From NCBI GenBank assembly GCA_964035545.1, contig OZ037771.1, positions 2,925,628-2,989,627 on the forward strand: DNA of 64,000 nt, given 5' to 3'. The position numbers were made by a program, and so were the translations under genes. Shown here one piece after another: positions 57,045-64,000 of the stretch; position 1 is the stretch's first letter; the number at the start of each line of letters is the position of its first letter. Origin of the DNA: Bugula neritina. Its lineage: Eukaryota; Animalia; Bryozoa. The notes beneath the pieces were generated by a model. That model was not told the DNA's origin. It was given only the letters and a program-made list of their open reading frames with translations, and did not search any database.

Positions 57045-59982
57045 ATGTTCTTCTTCAGGTATGCTGGTAATTTGCTCTCCAATATAATACACACTAACCA
57101 AGAGCTTTATACTCCATCTAACTCTAGTATTATATTATATTAAAATACTACGTCCATGTACTATACAATAATGTTGTTATTATTATAGGTATATATTGTT
57201 CCTATACGCCATAACAATCTATGCAGAAGTTCATATTAAACAGCAAAAAAATATTCAAAAAGTAATGCATGAAAAGTTAAAACAAAAACAAAAAGATCCA
57301 CCTTCTATTAAAATTCCATATAAGAAGGAATACGGGAACGTCACAGTGAACCCCCATAACTTTAGATTCATTTCACAGCCAGAACCCTGTGAAGAAAATG
57401 ACACTATACTAGTCACAGCACACAGTGCCACTCAGGTGATCATTTTGTTTCGTTTTTGTTGTTTATTTAATATTTGTTTAATGCTGTTTCTCATGTAAGT
57501 TCATTTCTCAAGTTGAGTTAAGGTCTCTTTTGTCTTGCATGTATTTGAAAACCTTAGAGAATAACTGAATAAGTTATTCAGTTGGTTTTCTAGTGGGTAG
57601 CCAATTAACTGGTACCTACCATAGTGAGTAGCCAATCAACTGGTACCTACTAAAGTGAGTAGCCAATTAACTAGTCACTACTATAGTGAGGAGCCAATTA
57701 TCTGATTTTTCTTTGCAGAGTGTCTTTTTTTGTAACTTTTGCACTGGACTTGTGCACTGTTACAGTTCATAAATGCTATTTTGAATAAGTTTATATATTA
57801 TTCAATATAATAGGCCTATTATACATTATAAACAACTTCCTTCTATAACACAATAAATTATTGTAGAATCATACATAGTAAGACTCTAACTTCTGTTATG
57901 TAGATAACCATGTGCTTTCCTATTTAGAACTTTCAACGGAGATCAGCTTTAAGAAATACCTGGGCAAACCCTAGAATATTGGAAAAGTATTTACCAAAAG
58001 GACATCAGTCTAAACTGATATTTATTTTGGGTCTTCCAAGCAACTCTAGTGAACAGACTCTAATAAATTATGAGCAGGAAATGTACAGAGATTTGGTGCA
58101 AGTGAACTTTATGGATACTTACCGTAACAACACCTACAAAGCTATATATAATATGATGTAAGTACAGCAAAATATTATATTTTAAAAATATATAAATGTT
58201 TGAGGAGGGAGTATTTGCTAATGTCCATGTCACACACTGTAAATACTTTAACACAGTATATATTTTTAAAGGTGGATCTCAAGCTATAAAGGATGTCCTA
58301 AGGCTAAGCTGGTTGTGAAAGTAGATGATGATGTCATATTCAACTTACAAGCTTTCTCTTCCTTCTTTAAGACTTTTACAGACACACTTGGAGACTCCTT
58401 TAAACTCAGCTCCTATTTTATTGCAGGTAAAAACTTACACTTGAATTATGTCTAGTGATCATAAACCTCTAAGTTTATTGTTTCCGTAATGTCTCCATAA
58501 TTAAATGTAATGTATATCTTTAATTAAACGTGAATTTTACATGCGAAGATCCGATAAGAATGCTTTTCTTTTTGGCTAGTCATAAAATTCTATCTTCCTC
58601 TTGTACATCAAACTGACAAAAGTTTTAGATCATATGTATGCATACATATATCCGCAAAGAAATATGCACAACAGATGTGTAAGACGTATAAATGGTAGTT
58701 AACTTCTTATCAACAACAGCTAATCAAATTATCACTTTAATATGATTTTTATATTTCAGTCATTTATTATACTGGGTGCCCTGCCCACTCATTCTATATG
58801 TCAGCTAACCTCTTTCTGATTTAACTACTTCGAGACTTCAATTTCAAATGCAACATCAAATACTTCTTACAGCCTACATTAATGTGGCCCTCAAAGTCAT
58901 AAAACTAACATTCTTTACACTGCATGCAGTGTGAGGAAATAAGTCTAGCTTTTCTGCATATTATGGAGTAAGTAATTTTCTTAACTTCTGCTGTTGCAGG
59001 GAATATAGGAGCCGGGGGTCTGCCTGAAAGAGATCCAGCCTCAAAGTGGTACTTGTCCAGGAAAGAGTATAAATATGACACCTTCCCCATGTGGTTACAA
59101 GGAATGACGTACTTTCTGTCTCCCAGATTAGCAAAGGAAATATACAATCTGTCTTTTACCACTCCTTATGTTTTTATAGGTAAGCTTATAGATTTGAAAA
59201 TTACAAAAAGTATAACCTTTGAAGTCGTTGAAATAAGTTTATTTGAGGAAACGACAAATGTGTAAGACTACAGCTATTACAAATTAGAGAGATATATAAT
59301 GTGAGTTATTCTAATGGTTTCAAGATAAACTAAAACTCTATGCTAAGCTTTTATTACATTCTATCTGATCTGCAACAAACACTAATGAGTTCCTATATAT
59401 ATTATTATATGCACGAGTCAGTATGGTTGATTCGATAAAGAAACACTTTGTTTTTATCGAATAGATTTTGAGATGATAAATAAAATTCCTCATGGAAACC
59501 TTAAAAAATATCATTGTTTATTTATAGTGTAAATTTTACACTCTTACTTTCAAGCTATTTAGATTGTTATTGTTCTCAGCTGCTCACACTGATATTATAG
59601 TTTTTGACTCGGGAATGTCTCTGATAGCACTCAAATTCTTATTGGCTAAACTTTAGCCACTGTATAATGGATGTCACCTGAACACAGTTTAATATTTTGA
59701 TGGTTGCAACACTTTTATTTCAACATGTTGAATGAGTGGCTAACCTTTCTTTGTTTTACTTCAGATGATGTGTATATTGGAATAGTGGCTGACAGAGTTG
59801 ATGGGATTAGAAAATATCCCTTCAACCAGTTCTACAGTAACTCTTATTTACAACTAGCAAAGCAGTCACAATACTGGAAGAGCAAGCCATATGTATTTTA
59901 TCATACTCACTCTATTGAAGACTTCTTTAGACTGTGGTGCTTATCATGCAATTCCCTCACATGGGCCTGGTGCTCTAATTAG
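57045..59982 (+). CDS. GT31 Brainiac-like glycosyltransferase, copy G4
   Basis: Exons 57045-57058, 57189-57435, 57928-58157, 58272-58426, 59000-59179 and 59765-59982; intact. Confidence 0.9.
57590..57700. repeat. 31-bp minisatellite in G4 intron 2 (about 3.5 copies)
   Basis: Same unit as in G1-G3. Confidence 0.9.
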
Positions 59983-60749
59983 GCAAAAATCTAGAGCTCA
60001 GTCTAGAAACTGACAACATTGCTTATAAAGATGAGCAAGACAAAAAAGAAATAACAATATCAGCCAAAAACTTTTATTGATTGCATTTTGCTGGCCAGGA
60101 TAGCTTAATGAAATTTTTTTAGTTAATATGTATCAAGTTTTTCAAACATGTATTCAAAGTAGAATAAAATATTGGAATAAGTTTGTATATTTTTCAACGC
60201 AAATTTTTTTTACTTATGGCTGTTAAAAGAATTTTTTCATAATACAGAATGGTATATACTACTGCTTTTAACTCTAGAACTGTGAGTGCTCGTTTATTCT
60301 ATTATATACCATATAGCGACTTTTGTTTGATTAAGATATTATATAAAAACTAAATTCGCTAAAACTTTTTAATGCCATTGACTCATTTATTGCACTCAGG
60401 TATTTTCTACATTGTTAATTATATTTTCTAATTGATTTTAGTACACAAGTATTATATATTTAGTTTACTTAATAAATGATTTTGGTTGATGATAATATGT
60501 TGACCATGAAATCCAAATTATAAAAATCTCATACGTGTTCTTAAATAATAACTAACTAATTTTTTCTAACACCATTTCCGTAGACACAGTCTGCCACACC
60601 GTAGGCTGTAACGTGAAATGTCCACCATTTTTACAAATGTCGAGCTTCCTGTACGGTGTTGCGGTACGTTAGGATCAAGCATTAAATAGAGATCCTCCTT
60701 GGAAAGGGAGATGTTATAATATTTTGTTATAAATTACCAATGCTACTAA

Positions 60750-61400
60750 AGATGAAGATATTCAAGCCACAAATCATCATTTAAAAACAAAAAGAGAGTA
60801 AATCAGACAGAACTTAGCAAATACATTTGATAACTAACTAACGGAAACATCAAACACACTTTCAGTTGGAAAATAATGAAAAAATCAAAACCATACAATA
60901 TCATTCACTACCAAACAGTGTAACCTATGCCTATGGAAATGTTTTTTATTTTATACAAACCTAATATAGGCACGTTAAACAAGCGAAACAAACTTTTATC
61001 AACCTACCAACATTCAAAAATTGTTCTACGGCGCAACCATAAAACTTAGTGATTCTATATTTTGTATACCGCAGTAAATAATATTCAAACGCCTATAACC
61101 ACTTGACAACAACTATATTTTCAATAAATTGTGTATTTACATTTAAAAGCCTTTATTTAACCTGAAAGCCACTACTATATTTGCATTGCGTTTTACGTTT
61201 TACGTTTTACGTTGTGTTTCGCATCTTGATTCTCTTAATGTAAAAGTTTAAATTCAATAATGTGCCTGAGGAGTGCTAAAGAAGCATGAAACAGTAGTAG
61301 CACAATAAAACAACATCCAATTAAATTGCTCTTATCCTTGATAATATAGTTGCTCATGATTATACCTATAACAATTTGAGCACTCTCATATCTGCTGTTT
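60750..61400 (+). mobile_element. Decayed Penelope-like element 3' fragment (GIY-YIG endonuclease C-terminus + pLTR-like tail)
   Basis: Translates, with stops and frameshifts, to RYSSHKSSFKNKKRVNQTELSKYI*..FSWKIMKKSKPY..KQCNLCL..ILYKP..TLNKRNKLL. This matches the PLE GIY-YIG C-terminal pattern (TELSKYIW, CxLC, LNKR) and is followed by a hammerhead motif and AATAAA. Boundaries are approximate. Confidence 0.8.
61261..61304 (+). ncRNA. Minimal type I hammerhead ribozyme motif (PLE-associated)
   Basis: Stem I TGTGC/GCACA, core CTGAGGA, stem II GTGCT-AAAGA-AGCAT, GAAA, 1-bp stem III C-AGTA-G, cleavage triplet GTA at 61297-61299. Confidence 0.8.
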
Positions 61401-62466
61401 AACAAACTCACAATTGATGCTCAGCAATGGCATTAAGCACTCTAACCATGGTGAAAAATAAAACTATATGAAACTGATTTAGTTCCCCAAAAACTAAAAC
61501 ATAAATTGAGATAAAATAAGTGTACTCACTAAATGGTAATCAGCCAATTATATCAAAACCGCCCAGGCTTTCCGCACTTCCTGCTCAGCATGCTAGCCGC
61601 ATGAAAACCTGCACACAACAGCCAATTTTTGGGCTGAACGGTTTCTCACATCTTGCCCTCGCGGGAGAACCCTCGTCGTGTGGCCCTATGCTTACTCTTG
61701 ATATTAATCATTTACTGCATGATAACGGTGCAAAGTAAATAGATGTTATCTTTTTTTACTAATTGAATCCAAGCCAACACTAGTTGTGTTGCAACACCAG
61801 TTATCAGGTTTGTAACTAGTCATAATTACAGTAGACATACAATATAGAAGCTATCAAATAGAGACAGCTCTCTGTGTTCACATCTGCTGGTAACTATCTA
61901 TCAATGTATTATATGTTGTAATGTATTATGAGGGAAGAAGCTGATAATTATGTCAATTAATAGTAATTCTAGATCTCAGACTGACAACAGATGTGGTTTC
62001 TCTGTCTACTCAGTATATTATTTATAATCAACCTGAAACTATACCTCACACCTTTAAGGTAACACATTGTATTAATATATACTAGAATATAGAGGTGGTG
62101 TGTAAAGTCAAAGTTCAAAAGCAGCTACTGGCAGTCACTTTTAACTGCAGTGTACTTGGATATAGAGTTCAAAATGCAATCAATTAAGTAATGTACCTGA
62201 ATGACAGCGTATCAGCATTTACCAGTTTACAATTGATGAAATAAATAAAAATTAAAGTTATTTCTACTAAATTTTAGTAAATTAGTATTATATAAATAGT
62301 TGGCGATGTGTTCATAGTTTAATCCAAATTGTTAAAATTCCTTTTCTTAAGATACGACCTAATAAAATTATTTTAGATTTCAAGGTTCAACCTGCAACCT
62401 GTAATTGCATGTAACAAACTGACTCACGTTAGTGTGACTGAATAGTAGAGAAAACAGAGTTACGTC

Positions 62467-63691
62467 ATGTTCTTCTTCAGGTATGCTGGTAGTTTTATTT
62501 CTAATATAATACAGACTGACTGAGAGCTTTATACTACATCTAACTGTAGTGTTATATTATATGTATATACTGTGTCTATACTATACAATAATGTTGTTAT
62601 TATTATAGGTATATATTGTTCCTATACGCCATAACAATATATGCAGAAGTTCATATTAAACAGCAAAACAATGTTCAAAAAATAATGCGTGAAAAGTTAA
62701 AACAAAAACAAAAAGACCCACCTTCTGCTAAAATTCCATATAAGAAGGAATATGGGGACATCACAGTGAACCCCCACAACTTTACATTCATTTCACAGCC
62801 AGAACCCTGCAGAGGAAATGATACTATATTAGTCACAGCACACAGTGCCACTCAGGTAAACACATTGTACTATATTATTTTCTGGCATTCCATTCATATA
62901 TACAGCAAAGTTTTTCATGTAAAATATATGACAGAATTGGGCAATAAAAAGTAATTACTTTTAATTTTTTTATCATTAAGATAATAGCTGTTATTCATAA
63001 ACTTACAGGTTAGCTAAGCTTAAAATGATGTAGCAAATGACTGAAAAAAAGCAAGTTTAACTTCAATTCAAAAATAAAGTTATTATTTATTGAGCTCTAA
63101 ATATGGTAATGAATCCTTTTAGAATCACCAAAGTAATAAAACTTTAACTTCTGTTATGTAGACACTAGACAGTCATGCTTTCTTTTTTAGAACTTTCAAC
63201 GGAGATCAGCTTTAAGAAATACCTGGGCAAACCCTAGAATATTGGAGAAGTATTTACCAAAAGGACATCAGTCTAAACTGATATTTATTTTGGGTCTTCC
63301 AAGCAACTCTAGTGAACAGACTCTAATAAATTATGAACAAGAAATGTACAGAGATTTGGTGCAAGTGAACTTTATGGATACTTACCGCAACAACACATAC
63401 AAAGCTATTTATAACATGAAGTAAGTACAGCATAAATATTATATTTTTCAACATTTATAAATGTTTGAGGAAGGAGTATTTGCTAATGTCCATGTCACAC
63501 ACTGTAAATACTTTAACATGGTATATATTTTTAAAGATGGATCTCAAGCTATAAAGGATGTCCTAAGGCTAAGCTAGTTGTGAAAGTAGATGATGATGTC
63601 ATGTTCAACTTACAAGCTTTCTCTTCCTTCTTTAAGACTTTTACAGACACACTTGGAGACTCCTTTAAACTCGGTTCTTATTTTATTGCAG
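62467..63691 (+). CDS. GT31 Brainiac-like glycosyltransferase, copy G5 (5' part; exons 5-6 presumably beyond the window)
   Basis: Exons 62467-62480, 62609-62855, 63191-63420 and 63537-63691 in frame, including KVDDD. Intron 2 is unrelated to that of G1-G4. Confidence 0.85.
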
Positions 63692-64000
63692 GTAAAAAAT
63701 AGACTTGAATTATGTCTTGTGATCATAAACCTCTATTTCTGTTTCTATAAGTACAGCATAGTTGAAAAAATTATAATTTACTCTTACATGTTGCTGAACC
63801 GTTTTTACTTATATATCTCGTGCAATATATATCTTTTAATGCTCAACAACCGGATGTTATAATTTAAATGTATTTGCAGCAATCTAAACTACTCACAAAA
63901 CATTTATTGAAGCTACCACTTAACTGTGATTAAACTAAATCTCACACTATAAAGTCATTTGTTAATAGTATACTTCATGTTAAATGTACTTTCATGGTAC

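Overview
AT-rich, intron-rich eukaryotic genomic DNA from an invertebrate animal; the species cannot be identified from the sequence. Gene models were built by hand from GT-AG splice sites and frame continuity, and most ORFs in the supplied track are single exons or spurious. From left to right the window holds: (1) the 3' nine exons of a Diaphanous formin (FH2 + DAD); (2) a complete 14-exon minus-strand gene for a secreted CCP/Sushi-4xFN3-HYR-like protein; (3) four 3-exon genes for small secreted 10-Cys single-VWC proteins (SVWC/Vago/La1-like); and (4) a roughly mirror-arranged cluster of three divergent activin-type TGF-beta genes and five Brainiac-like GT31 glycosyltransferase genes. In that cluster a [TGF-beta 3' fragment + GT31] unit is tandemly amplified, leaving two TGF-beta pseudogene fragments. 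Mobile DNA includes two CR1-type LINE fragments, tRNA-derived SINEs, two MITEs, a solo-LTR-like insertion, a Penelope remnant with a minimal hammerhead ribozyme, and a 2x326-bp palindrome. The best candidate for an undescribed system is the ~48-kb block of duplicated, diversifying secreted-protein genes. It combines activin-like ligands with a shortened prodomain (one lacking the dimer cysteine and the furin site), single-VWC proteins with mostly non-synonymous divergence, and GT31 enzymes with a signal-peptide-like N-terminus and two exchangeable versions of a loop near the active site. Any functional link among these genes is inference.
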